Source of the DNA: an uncultured Lachnospiraceae bacterium
Lineage (GTDB): Bacteria; Bacillota; Clostridia; Lachnospirales; Lachnospiraceae
Reading direction: 5' to 3'
Assembly: GCA_947625875.1 (NCBI GenBank)
Contig: CANQQG010000002.1
Location: 15,139 to 79,138, forward strand
Length of the DNA: 64,000 bases
Part shown: positions 47,044 to 57,300 of the stretch, piece after piece
Layout of the letters: each line of letters begins with the position of its first letter
How positions within the stretch are numbered: position 1 is the first letter of the stretch
Made by a program: the position numbers and the translations under genes
The notes under the pieces: model-generated
Databases searched by the model: none
Told to the model about the DNA's origin: nothing
Seen by the model: only the letters and a program-made list of their open reading frames with translations

Positions 47044-48117
47044 ATGAGTTTTTTTAAGGATTTTAAAGACGATTTATCTCAGGCAGTGAACGAGTTGCTT
47101 CCGGGGGAAGAATTGCCGGATGGCGAAGAGGCGGAAGAGACGTCGGAAATGATGGTCAATACGCTTGAGGGCGAGCTGGATATTGAATCCGAGCTCTCCA
47201 AGCTGGATGGACTGTTGGAGCCGGTAGAGGAAAAAGAAAATGCCGCAGGGCAGGCGTCCTTTGAACTGGAAGAGCCTGTGCTGGAACAGCTTCCGGATGA
47301 AGAGCCGCCGACGAAACGGGTTCCGCCAAAACCGCAGCCGCAAAAAGCGCCGGCGCCAAAGCCGCAGCGGGAAGCGAAGAGAGAAAACGGCATGGAGCAG
47401 GCGATCAGCCGTATGAGCAGCGTGCTGGACATTGATAAGGGAAGCCCGCTGGATATGCATCTTTCCTATGAGGCGGAGCCGAAGGGAACGGAAGTAAAGC
47501 CGCAGGCGGCAAAGCAGCCTGCAAGTAACAATGTGACCCACAATCATAAAAATACAAAAACAAGTTCAATTAAGGAGGACGTACCAATGAGTGAAGAAAT
47601 GACCAAAGAGCCAACGGTGGATCTGGAGGAGGAGATCGCGTCTGTGGCGTCGGAGATTACAGATGAGGTATCGATTATTACAGACGGGACGCATATCAAG
47701 GGAAATCTTTCCACGACAGGTTCCTTCAGTATCAGCGGAAGCATTGAGGGTAACGTACAGTGTAATGGAAAGCTGGAAGTTACCGGAACGATCAAAGGAA
47801 ACAGTTCTTCTTCTGAAGTCTTTTCGGATGCGGCAAAGATCGAAGGTGAGATCGTAAGTACGGGAACCGTAAAGATCGGTCTCGGCTCGGTTGTGGTAGG
47901 CAATATTTCCGCAACGTCCGCTGTTATTGCGGGTGCGGTAAAAGGCGATATTGACGTGCAGGGCCCGGTTGTCGTAGATACTTCCGCTGTTATCGTGGGC
48001 AATATCAAATCCAGATCCGTACAGATCAATAACGGTGCCGTTATTGAGGGCTTCTGCTCACAGTGCTATGCAGATATCGACGTAGACAGCCTGTTTGGGG
48101 ATAAGAAAGGCAAATAA
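47044..48117 (+). CDS. bactofilin (polymer-forming cytoskeletal protein) with long acidic N-terminal extension
   Basis: C-terminal beta-helix repeats of I/V-x-G-x-I/V (IKGNL, IEGNV, IEGEI, VVGNI, VKGDI, IVGNI, IEGFC). Confidence 0.88.
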   Translation: MSFFKDFKDDLSQAVNELLPGEELPDGEEAEETSEMMVNTLEGELDIESELSKLDGLLEPVEEKENAAGQASFELEEPVLEQLPDEEPPTKRVPPKPQPQKAPAPKPQREAKRENGMEQAISRMSSVLDIDKGSPLDMHLSYEAEPKGTEVKPQAAKQPASNNVTHNHKNTKTSSIKEDVPMSEEMTKEPTVDLEEEIASVASEITDEVSIITDGTHIKGNLSTTGSFSISGSIEGNVQCNGKLEVTGTIKGNSSSSEVFSDAAKIEGEIVSTGTVKIGLGSVVVGNISATSAVIAGAVKGDIDVQGPVVVDTSAVIVGNIKSRSVQINNGAVIEGFCSQCYADIDVDSLFGDKKGK

Positions 48118-48118
48118 A

Positions 48119-48814
48119 ATGAAAAGAGTTCTTTTGAAGCTGAGCGGAGAGGCGCTTGCCGGGCCGAATAAGACAGGATTTGACGAAGCGACGGTTACGG
48201 CGGTCGCGGAGCAGGTAAAAAAACTGGTTGACCAGCAGATTCAGGTCGGGATCGTGATCGGCGGCGGCAATTTCTGGAGAGGCAGGACGAGCGAGCATAT
48301 CGACCGCGCGAAAGCGGATCAGATCGGGATGCTTGCAACGGTCATGAACTGCATTTATGTCTCCGAAATTTTCCGCTCTGTCGGGATGCAGACGAATATC
48401 CTGACGCCATTTGAATGCGGCTCTTTTACAAAGCTGTTTTCAAAAGACCGTACGAATAAATATTTTGCGCATAATATGGTTGTCTTTTTTGCAGGGGGAA
48501 CCGGCCATCCGTATTTCTCAACCGATACGGCTACGGTTCTTCGCGCCGTAGAGATCGAGGCGGACGCGATCCTTCTTGCAAAAGCGATTGACGGCGTATA
48601 TGACAGCGATCCGAAGATCAATCCGGATGCGGTCCGTTATGATACGTTGTCCATTGACGAGGTGATTGAGAAAAAACTGGCCGTTATTGACCTGACAGCG
48701 TCCATTATGTGCATGGAAAATAAGATGCCGATGTATGTGTTCCGCTTAAATGAGCCTGACAGTATTGTAAATACGATAAATGGGCAGTTTCATGGGACCG
48801 TCATTACGGTTTAA
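48119..48814 (+). CDS. pyrH: uridylate kinase
   Basis: RVLLKLSGEAL, GGGNFWRG, GTGHPYFSTD. Confidence 0.97.
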   Translation: MKRVLLKLSGEALAGPNKTGFDEATVTAVAEQVKKLVDQQIQVGIVIGGGNFWRGRTSEHIDRAKADQIGMLATVMNCIYVSEIFRSVGMQTNILTPFECGSFTKLFSKDRTNKYFAHNMVVFFAGGTGHPYFSTDTATVLRAVEIEADAILLAKAIDGVYDSDPKINPDAVRYDTLSIDEVIEKKLAVIDLTASIMCMENKMPMYVFRLNEPDSIVNTINGQFHGTVITV

Positions 48815-48830
48815 AGAGCAGGAGGATATT

Positions 48831-49385
48831 ATGGACGAACGTTTGGTTCAGTATGATGATAAAATGAAAAAAACGATGGCGAATCTGAAGGAAGAGTATG
48901 GCGGTATCCGCGCAGGCAGGGCAAACCCGCGTGTGCTGGATAAAATCCGCGTAGATTATTATGGAACGCCGTCCCCGATCCAGCAGGTTGCCAATGTCAA
49001 TGTGCCGGAGCCGAGAATGCTTCAGATTCAGCCCTGGGAGCCTTCCATGGTAAAAGAGATCGAGAAAGCCATTCTGACTTCCGACATCGGAATCAACCCG
49101 ACCAATGACGGAAAAGTGATCCGGCTGGTATTTCCGGAGCTGACGGAAGAACGGCGTAAAGAGCTGGCGAAGGATATCAAAAAGAAAGGGGAGGCGTCAA
49201 AAGTCGCCATCCGCAATATCCGCCGCGACGCCAATGACGCGCTCAAAAAACTTGGCAAGTCTGAGGACGTTTCCGAGGATGAGATCAAAGAACTGGAAGG
49301 AAAAGTCCAGAAGATGACGGATAAGTATATTGCCGATATTGATAAGGCCGTAGAGGAAAAGACAAAGGAAATACTTACTGTCTGA
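48831..49385 (+). CDS. frr: ribosome recycling factor
   Basis: IRAGRANP, PELTEERRKEL, IRNIRRDAN. Confidence 0.97.
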   Translation: MDERLVQYDDKMKKTMANLKEEYGGIRAGRANPRVLDKIRVDYYGTPSPIQQVANVNVPEPRMLQIQPWEPSMVKEIEKAILTSDIGINPTNDGKVIRLVFPELTEERRKELAKDIKKKGEASKVAIRNIRRDANDALKKLGKSEDVSEDEIKELEGKVQKMTDKYIADIDKAVEEKTKEILTV

Positions 49386-49398
49386 TTGTGGACAGCGG

Positions 49399-49428
49399 AG
49401 GGAGATAGCAGAGGCCATCTCCCTTTTT
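49399..49428 (+). terminator. possible terminator after frr
   Basis: AGGGAGAT / ATCTCCCT stem followed by a T run. Confidence 0.55.
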
Positions 49429-49492
49429 ATGCGCAGGCCCGCACAGGGGAGATGGCGGCGCGGGCCGCGCGCAGACGCAGAAAGGAGGGCGT

Positions 49493-50206
49493 ATGAACAT
49501 ACCGCAGCATGTGGCGATCATATTGGACGGAAACGGCAGATGGGCAAAGGCGAAGGGAATGCCGCGGAATTACGGGCACTCGGCAGGCGCGAAAAATGTA
49601 GAAAAAATATGCGACGCCGCAGGGCATATGGGCATTAAATATTTGACGGTTTATGCCTTTTCGACAGAGAACTGGAGCCGTCCGCAGAGTGAAGTGGATG
49701 AATTGATGCGTCTGCTCGGCAATTATATGAAGACCTGTAAGAAAACGGCAAAGAAAAATAATATGCGCGTGCGCGTCCTCGGCGATCTCTCTCGGCTGGC
49801 GCCGAAATTGCAGGAGCAGATCCGCGACCTGGAAGAATTTTCGGGGGATTTTGACGGATTTTATTTTCAGATCGCGCTTAATTATGGCAGCCGGGATGAA
49901 ATGCTGCGCGCTATGAAGCGGATGCTTGCCGACGCAGAGGCGGGAAAGCTGGAGAAAGAGGCGCTGACGGAAGCGCTTTTTGCCGAATATCTGGATACGG
50001 CGGGCATTCCGGATCCGGATCTTTTGATCCGCACGAGCGGGGAACAGCGGCTTTCCAATTTCCTTTTGTGGCAGCTTGCGTACAGCGAATTTTATTTTAC
50101 GCCGGTTCTGTGGCCTGATTTTGATGAGGAAGAATTAAAAAAGGCGGTTGCGGCTTATAATAACAGGGACCGCAGGTATGGCGGGCTGGCAGGAGCGGAA
50201 GGATAA
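49493..50206 (+). CDS. uppS: undecaprenyl diphosphate synthase
   Basis: HVAIILDGNGRWA, YAFSTENW, IRTSGEQRLSNFLLWQ. Confidence 0.97.
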   Translation: MNIPQHVAIILDGNGRWAKAKGMPRNYGHSAGAKNVEKICDAAGHMGIKYLTVYAFSTENWSRPQSEVDELMRLLGNYMKTCKKTAKKNNMRVRVLGDLSRLAPKLQEQIRDLEEFSGDFDGFYFQIALNYGSRDEMLRAMKRMLADAEAGKLEKEALTEALFAEYLDTAGIPDPDLLIRTSGEQRLSNFLLWQLAYSEFYFTPVLWPDFDEEELKKAVAAYNNRDRRYGGLAGAEG

Positions 50207-50219
50207 GGAGTGTGAGGTT

Positions 50220-51020
50220 ATGTTTCGGACGAGGCTTTTAAGCGGGATCGTACTCGTGGCGGCCGCGCTTGTTTTTATTATCAGCGGCGGCTATGTTTTA
50301 CTGGCGGTGACGGCATTGATCTCCCTGATCGGAATGTATGAGCTGTACCGCGTGGCAGGGGTTGAACGGACGCTTCTGGCGGGAATCGGATATCTGGCCG
50401 CGATTCTTTATTACCTGAATTTAGGCATTGGATTTTTGCCGGATATGATGGCGTTTGCGCTGGCGTTTTTGATTGTATTGCTTGCGGTCTATGTTTTTTC
50501 GTATCCGAAATATGAGATCACAGGCGTTTTGGCGGCTTTTTTCGGCTTTTTTTATGTCGCGGTCATGCTCTCGGGCGTCTATCAGACGCGCATTATGGAA
50601 AAAGGCGCGTATATCGTGTGGCTGATCTTTTTGTGTTCCTGGGGCTGTGATACGTGCGCGTACTGTGTGGGCGTATTGTTCGGGAAACATAAGATGTCGC
50701 CGGTGTTGTCGCCGAAAAAATCCGTAGAAGGGGCGGTCGGGGGATTGGCGGGGACATTCCTTCTGACCGCGCTGTATGCGGCGGTTTTCCGTTCGCGGAT
50801 GGGCATTGGGATGCAGCAGGTCTTTATCCTTGCGGCGATCAGCGTTGCGGGCGGCATGATCTCCATGGTCGGCGATCTGGCGGCGTCCGGCATCAAGCGC
50901 AGCTATGGCATAAAAGATTACGGAAAGCTGATTCCGGGGCATGGCGGGATTCTGGACCGGTTTGACAGCGTGATCTTTACCGCTCCGGTCATTTATTATC
51001 TGGCAGGTTATTTTTTATAG
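50220..51020 (+). CDS. cdsA: phosphatidate cytidylyltransferase
   Basis: SPKKSVEG, GDLAASGIKR...KDYGKLIPGHGGILDRFDS. Confidence 0.96.
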   Translation: MFRTRLLSGIVLVAAALVFIISGGYVLLAVTALISLIGMYELYRVAGVERTLLAGIGYLAAILYYLNLGIGFLPDMMAFALAFLIVLLAVYVFSYPKYEITGVLAAFFGFFYVAVMLSGVYQTRIMEKGAYIVWLIFLCSWGCDTCAYCVGVLFGKHKMSPVLSPKKSVEGAVGGLAGTFLLTALYAAVFRSRMGIGMQQVFILAAISVAGGMISMVGDLAASGIKRSYGIKDYGKLIPGHGGILDRFDSVIFTAPVIYYLAGYFL

Positions 51021-51082
51021 GATCCGCATGGGAACGATCCGTTTTTGTATGATGCGCAGATAAAAATGGGAGGAATCGTTAT

Positions 51083-52225
51083 ATGATAAATATTGCAATA
51101 TTAGGCTCGACCGGTTCGATCGGCACACAGACGCTGGATATTGTGCGCGAACAGGGCGATATCAGAGTCTGGGCGCTTACGGCCGGGAAAAATATAAATC
51201 TGCTGGAACGGCAGATCCGCGAATTTCGTCCGAAGCTTGCGGCGGTCTGGTCCGCGGAGGACGCGGCGGAGCTTGCGGTGCGCGTGAAAGATCTGCCGGT
51301 GCGCATTGTGAGCGGCATGGATGGCCTGCTGGAAGCGGCGACGGTTCCGGAATCGGATATTCTTGTGACGGCGGTCGTCGGCATGATCGGGCTTCGGCCG
51401 ACAGTGGCGGCAATCCGCGCCGGGAAAAATATCGCGCTTGCAAATAAAGAAACGCTCGTGACGGCAGGGCATCTGATCATGCCGCTTGCAGAGGAATATC
51501 ACAGCGCGATCCTTCCGGTGGACAGTGAGCACAGCGCGGTTTTCCAGTCATTAAACGGGGAATCCGGGAATAAAATCCATAAGATCTTATTGACGGCTTC
51601 TGGCGGGCCGTTCCGCGGAAAGACGAAAAAAGAGCTGGAGCATATGCGGGTGGAGGATGCGCTGCGGCATCCGAACTGGAGCATGGGGAAAAAGATTACC
51701 GTCGATTCCGCGACGCTGGTCAACAAAGGGCTGGAGGTCATGGAAGCAAAATGGCTGTTCGGTACGGATCTGGATCGGATTCAGGTTGTGGTGCAGCCGC
51801 AGTCGGTGATCCATTCCATGGTGGAATTTGAGGACGGCAGCATTATGGCGCAGCTTGGCACGCCGGATATGCGTCTGCCGATCCAGTACGCGCTCTATTA
51901 TCCCAAACGCCGTCCGTTATCAGGGAAACGGCTGGATTTTTTTGCGCTGGGCAATCTTACATTTGAACGTCCCGACATGGATACGTTTGAGGGCCTGCGC
52001 CTTGCTTATCAGGCGGCGGAACGGGGCGGCAACATGCCGACGGTTTTAAACGCGGCAAATGAGCGCGCGGTTGCAAAATTTCTGGAAAGAAAAATAAAAT
52101 TTCCGGAAATTACACAGATTATCAGTGAATGCATGGAAAGCTGCAGGTTTATAAGCAGCCCGAATCTCGAAGAGATCCTTGAGACAGAGCAGTCCGTCTA
52201 TGAATGGATAGAAAGCAGGTGGTAA
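51083..52225 (+). CDS. dxr: 1-deoxy-D-xylulose 5-phosphate reductoisomerase
   Basis: ILGSTGSIGTQTL, LANKE, PVDSEHSA, HPNWSMGKKITVDSAT. Confidence 0.97.
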   Translation: MINIAILGSTGSIGTQTLDIVREQGDIRVWALTAGKNINLLERQIREFRPKLAAVWSAEDAAELAVRVKDLPVRIVSGMDGLLEAATVPESDILVTAVVGMIGLRPTVAAIRAGKNIALANKETLVTAGHLIMPLAEEYHSAILPVDSEHSAVFQSLNGESGNKIHKILLTASGGPFRGKTKKELEHMRVEDALRHPNWSMGKKITVDSATLVNKGLEVMEAKWLFGTDLDRIQVVVQPQSVIHSMVEFEDGSIMAQLGTPDMRLPIQYALYYPKRRPLSGKRLDFFALGNLTFERPDMDTFEGLRLAYQAAERGGNMPTVLNAANERAVAKFLERKIKFPEITQIISECMESCRFISSPNLEEILETEQSVYEWIESRW

Positions 52226-52226
52226 A

Positions 52227-53261
52227 TTGAAGATTATTTTGGCGATTCTTATTTTCAGCATTATTATTTTATTTCATGAGCTGGGGCATTTTCTGCTCGC
52301 AAAATTTAATGATGTAAAAGTGAATGAATTTTGTCTGGGGCTTGGCCCTTCGATCGTGGGCTTTACGAAAGGGGAGACCCGTTATGCGTTGCGGCTCCTG
52401 CCGTTTGGCGGCGCGTGTATGATGGAGGGCGAGGATGAGGAAAGCTCAGATGAGCGGGGATTTATCAACAAATCCATTCCGCGCCGTTTCAGCATTGTGG
52501 CGGCGGGCCCGATTTTTAATTTTATCATGGCGTTTGCCTTTGCCCTGATCCTGGTTGCCTGCGCGGGGTTTGACCGCCCGGTGATCGAAGATGTGCAGGA
52601 AGGGTTTCCTGCCGCGGAGGCAGGGCTGCAGGCGGGCGATGAGATCGTAAAGCTTGGAAATAAAAATATCCGCCTTTACCGCGAAGTGTCGATTTATACA
52701 TATTTCCATGAAGGTGAGCCGGTGGAAGTAACGTATAAACGGGACGGCGAAAAAAAGACGGTGACGCTTATCCCAAAGCTGGATGAAGAGAGCGGCCGTC
52801 ACATCATGGGGATCTACGGATCTTCGTACCGCACAAAGGGGAATGCATGGGAGACGCTGCGTTACAGCGTTTATGAGGTGCGCTACTGGATCTGTTCCAC
52901 CATTGAGAGCTTGGGGATGCTTGTGACGGGAAAGGTCGGCGTCAATGACCTCTCGGGGCCGGTCGGCATTGTAAAAACGATCGGTGACGCCTATACGGAG
53001 AGCAGGCCGGGCGGTTTTTATCTGGTTTTCCTGAATATGTTAAATATCTGTATCCTGCTGTCCGCAAACCTCGGCGTAATGAACCTGCTGCCGATTCCGG
53101 CATTGGACGGCGGACGGCTGGTGTTTTTAATTATTGAGGGAATCCGCGGCAAGCGCATAGATCCGAATAAGGAAGGCATGATGAACTTTGTGTTCCTGAT
53201 GGCGCTGATGGCGCTGATGGTCGTGGTCATGTTCAATGATATCCGAAAGATCATTATTTAG
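52227..53261 (+). CDS. rseP: RIP metalloprotease RseP/RasP
   Basis: HELGH, PDZ domain, [11 protein letters not shown]. Confidence 0.95.
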   Translation: MKIILAILIFSIIILFHELGHFLLAKFNDVKVNEFCLGLGPSIVGFTKGETRYALRLLPFGGACMMEGEDEESSDERGFINKSIPRRFSIVAAGPIFNFIMAFAFALILVACAGFDRPVIEDVQEGFPAAEAGLQAGDEIVKLGNKNIRLYREVSIYTYFHEGEPVEVTYKRDGEKKTVTLIPKLDEESGRHIMGIYGSSYRTKGNAWETLRYSVYEVRYWICSTIESLGMLVTGKVGVNDLSGPVGIVKTIGDAYTESRPGGFYLVFLNMLNICILLSANLGVMNLLPIPALDGGRLVFLIIEGIRGKRIDPNKEGMMNFVFLMALMALMVVVMFNDIRKIII

Positions 53262-53290
53262 TTTTTGGAAAATTTCCGGGGAGGAGAGGC

Positions 53291-54358
53291 ATGGAGCGAA
53301 AAAAGACAAAAGAGGTGCGGATCGGCAGCCAGATCATCGGCGGTGGGAATCCGATACGGATCCAGTCAATGACGAATACAAAAACCGAGGACGTCGCCGC
53401 GACAGTATCCCAGATCCATCGGCTGGAAGCCGCGGGCTGCGAGATCGTCCGCTGCACTGTCCCGACGATGGAGGCGGCTGCGGCGCTGGCGGAAATCAAA
53501 AAGCAGATCACGATCCCTCTTGTGGCGGACATACATTTTGATTACCGGCTGGCGATCGCCGCGATCGAAAACGGCGCGGATAAAATACGGATCAATCCGG
53601 GAAATATCGGATCGGCGGAACGTGTAAAAGCGGTTGCAGACGCGGCAAAGGAACGCAATATCCCGATCCGTATCGGCGTAAACAGCGGTTCTCTGGAAAA
53701 AGAGCTGATCGAAAAATATCATGGCGTTACGGCGGAAGGCATTGTGGAAAGCGCGTTGGATAAGGTGCGGATGGTCGAGGATATGGGATATGATAATCTC
53801 GTGGTCAGCATTAAATCATCGGATGTGCTGATGTGTGTGCGCGCGCATGAACTGATCGCTGAAAAGACCGACCATCCGCTGCATATAGGCATTACGGAGG
53901 CGGGGACGGTGACGAGCGGCAATATCAAATCCGCGATTGGGCTTGGGCTGATCCTGCATCAGGGCATCGGCGATACGATCCGCGTCTCGCTGACCGGCGA
54001 TCCGGTGGAGGAGGTCAGGTCGGCAAAATTAATTTTAAAGACACTCGGCCTGCGGCGCGGCGGCGTGGAAGTCGTTTCCTGCCCGACCTGCGGGCGGACG
54101 CAGATCGACCTGATCTCCCTTGCCTCACAGGTGGAGGAAATGGTCGCGGACATTCCGCTGGATCTGAAAGTCGCCGTCATGGGCTGCGTCGTAAACGGGC
54201 CGGGCGAAGCGCGGGAAGCGGATTTTGGCATTGCAGGCGGCTGCGGCGAAGGGCTGTTGTTCCGAAAAGGAGAGATTATCAAAAAGCTGCCGGAGCGTGA
54301 ACTGCTCGGCGCGCTGCGCCGGGAACTGCTTTTGTATCAGCAGGAACAAACCCCGTAG
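53291..54358 (+). CDS. ispG: HMBPP synthase (flavodoxin)
   Basis: [34 protein letters not shown]. Confidence 0.97.
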   Translation: MERKKTKEVRIGSQIIGGGNPIRIQSMTNTKTEDVAATVSQIHRLEAAGCEIVRCTVPTMEAAAALAEIKKQITIPLVADIHFDYRLAIAAIENGADKIRINPGNIGSAERVKAVADAAKERNIPIRIGVNSGSLEKELIEKYHGVTAEGIVESALDKVRMVEDMGYDNLVVSIKSSDVLMCVRAHELIAEKTDHPLHIGITEAGTVTSGNIKSAIGLGLILHQGIGDTIRVSLTGDPVEEVRSAKLILKTLGLRRGGVEVVSCPTCGRTQIDLISLASQVEEMVADIPLDLKVAVMGCVVNGPGEAREADFGIAGGCGEGLLFRKGEIIKKLPERELLGALRRELLLYQQEQTP

Positions 54359-54374
54359 CAGTCTGCGGGGTTTT
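54348..54374 (+). terminator. hairpin/terminator at the ispG stop
   Basis: AAACCCCGTAG / CTGCGGGGTTT stem. Confidence 0.55.
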
Positions 54375-54396
54375 GTCAGATGGGAGAGGAAGCCGT

Positions 54397-57300
54397 ATGG
54401 CGAAATATTTTTTTGACGTATTCCCTGTATTGCAGGTGAACGAAGAGATGAAAAAAATATTGACGGACATGGAGGTGCAGCGCGTCGTATCGAACAGGCA
54501 GCGGACGCGCCTGCGCGTTTACCTGTCCGGAGAACGGCTGATACATAAAAAAAATATTTTCCAGTTGGAGCGGAATATCAAAACGCAGCTGTTTCCAAAG
54601 CAGGAAATGACCGTCAAGATCATAGAGAAATACCGGCTTTCCGCGCAGTATACGCCGCAGACGCTGTTTGACATTTATAAGGACAGCATTTTGGAAGAGA
54701 TCAGGGCGTACAGCCTTGTGCTTTATAATATCTTCCGCTGCGCCGATCCGGAATTTGACGAGCCGGGGCATATGCGCCTGCATCTGGAAGATACGTTCCT
54801 GATAAAAGAGCGTTCGGAGGAACTGCTTGAAATTCTGTATAAGATCATATGCGACCGGTGCGGTCTACCGGTTGTGATCGAGCCGGTATTTGAGAAAAAG
54901 CAGAAAGAGAAACAAAAAGACGCGGATGATTTTTATCTGGAGCCGGAGATAAGCCGCGCTGTGCATACGCCGGAGAGACAGGCGGCCCCGGCAAGGCAGA
55001 GACAGGCGGAAACCGCGCTGCCAAAGAAGCCGGAACGGAAAGCATATACGGGGCGGACGGCATATAAACGCTCCGATAATCCGGACGTGTTCTTCGGGCG
55101 TGACTTTGAAGATCCGGTAATGCCGATCGACCAGATTCAGGGAGAGATGGGCGAAGTCGCAGTCCGCGGAAAAGTGCTGCGGATGGAAGTGAGGGAGCTG
55201 CGCGGCGGGGAAAAGAGCCTTGTGATCATTTCACTGACGGATTTTACGGACTCGATCATCGCAAAGATCTTTACCAGAAATGAACAGCTGCCGGCGCTGA
55301 CTGAGAATATAAAAGCGGGCGTTTTTTTGAAATTTAAAGGCGTGACGGCCTATGACCGGTTTGACAGCGAGCTGACGTTAAGCTCTGTTTCGGGCATTAA
55401 AAAGATTCCGGATTTTACGGAGCATCGGATGGATACGAGCGAAAAGAAACGGGTGGAGCTGCACTGCCATACAAAGATGAGCGATATGGACGGCATATCG
55501 GATGTGGGCGACATTATCAAACAGGCGATCTCCTGGGGACACAGGGCGCTTGCGATCACAGACCATGGCGCGGTGCAGGCGTTTCCGGCAGCAAACCATG
55601 CTGTGCCGCCGGACGCGGATTTTAAAGTCATTTATGGCATGGAAGCGTATCTGGTGGACGATTTAAAAACGATTGTTTTCGATGCAAAAGGACAGCGGCT
55701 GGACGGCTCGTTTGTCGTGTTCGATCTGGAGACGACCGGGCTCAGCCCGAATGTCAGCCGCATTATTGAGATCGGGGCCGTAAAGGTGGAGAACGGGAAG
55801 ATCACAGACCGGTTTTCCCATTTTGTGAACCCGCAGACGCCGATTCCGTTTAAAATTGAGGAACTGACGCATATACGGGACGACATGGTTGTAAACGAGC
55901 CGACGATCGAGGTAATCCTGCCGCAGTTTATGGAATTTTGCAGGGGCTGTTCGCTCGTGGCGCACAACGCGGAATTTGACGCGGGGTTTATCCGCAAAAA
56001 TTGCGAGGAGCAGGGGCTGGCTTTTGATTTTACGGTTATTGATACGGTTGCGCTCGCGCGGTATCTGCTGCCGCATTTGAACCGTTTTAAACTGGATACC
56101 GTTGCAAAAGACCTGAAGATATCGCTGGTAAACCATCACCGCGCGGTAGATGACGCGGAATGTACGGCGGAGATTTTCCTGAAGTTTATCGCCATGTTAA
56201 GCAGGCGCGGCATTGAAGATCTGGATGCGTTAAATGAGAAGGGGAAAGCGACGCCGGAGCAGATCATGAAAATGCCGACCTACCATGCGATCATATTGGC
56301 GGCCAACGATTACGGACGGGTAAATTTGTATAAGCTCGTATCAAAATCGCATCTGGAATATTTCCATAAAAGGCCGCGCGTCCCGAAAAGCGAGCTGTTA
56401 AAGCACAGAGAGGGGCTGCTGCTCGGCTCGGCGTGTGAAGCGGGGGAACTCTATCAGGCGGTTTTGCTCGGCCGCCCGCAGACGGAGATCGCAAGGATTG
56501 TAAACTTCTATGATTATCTGGAGATACAGCCGGACGGAAATAATGCATTTATGCTGCGGGATGAGAAGTCGCCGGTCAATTCTGTGGAAGACCTGCATGA
56601 GATCAACCGGAAGATCATAAAGCTGGGGGAAGATTTCCATAAGCCGGTCGTGGCGACGTGTGACGTGCATTTTTTAAACCCGGAGGATGAGGTGTACCGC
56701 AGGATCATTATGGCGGGAAACGGGTTTCGGGATGCCGACGAGCAGGCGCCCCTGTATCTGCACACGACCGAAGAGATGCTGAAAGAATTTGCTTACCTCG
56801 GCAGCGGCAAGGCGGAAGAAGTCGTGATCACGAATCCGAACCGGATCGCGGATATGTGCGAAAAGATCGCTCCGGTGCGCCCGGATAAAGCCCCGCCGGT
56901 CATTGAAAACTCTGACCAGCTGCTGCGTGACATCTGCTATAACAAAGCGCATGAAATGTATGGGGAGAATCTGCCGGACGTCGTCCAGAAACGGCTGGAA
57001 CGGGAGCTTACGTCCATTATCAGCAACGGCTATGCCGTTATGTATATCATTGCGCAGAAACTGGTGTGGAAATCGAATGAGGACGGGTATCTGGTCGGCT
57101 CGCGCGGTTCAGTCGGCTCTTCGTTTGTCGCTACGATGGCGGGCATTACGGAGGTAAACCCGCTCAGCCCGCATTATTACTGTACGGAATGCCATTACAG
57201 TGATTTTGATTCGGAGGAAGTGCGCGCGTACGCGGGGCGCGCGGGCTGCGATATGCCGGATAAGCTCTGCCCGCAGTGCGGCAGGCCGCTTGTAAAAGCC

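Noticed and set aside
39283-48119. The whole tsf-pyrH interval as a mobile element or genomic island
   Set aside because: No integrase, transposase, att-like direct repeats or clear GC shift. Only the kinase-SBP pair looks accessory.
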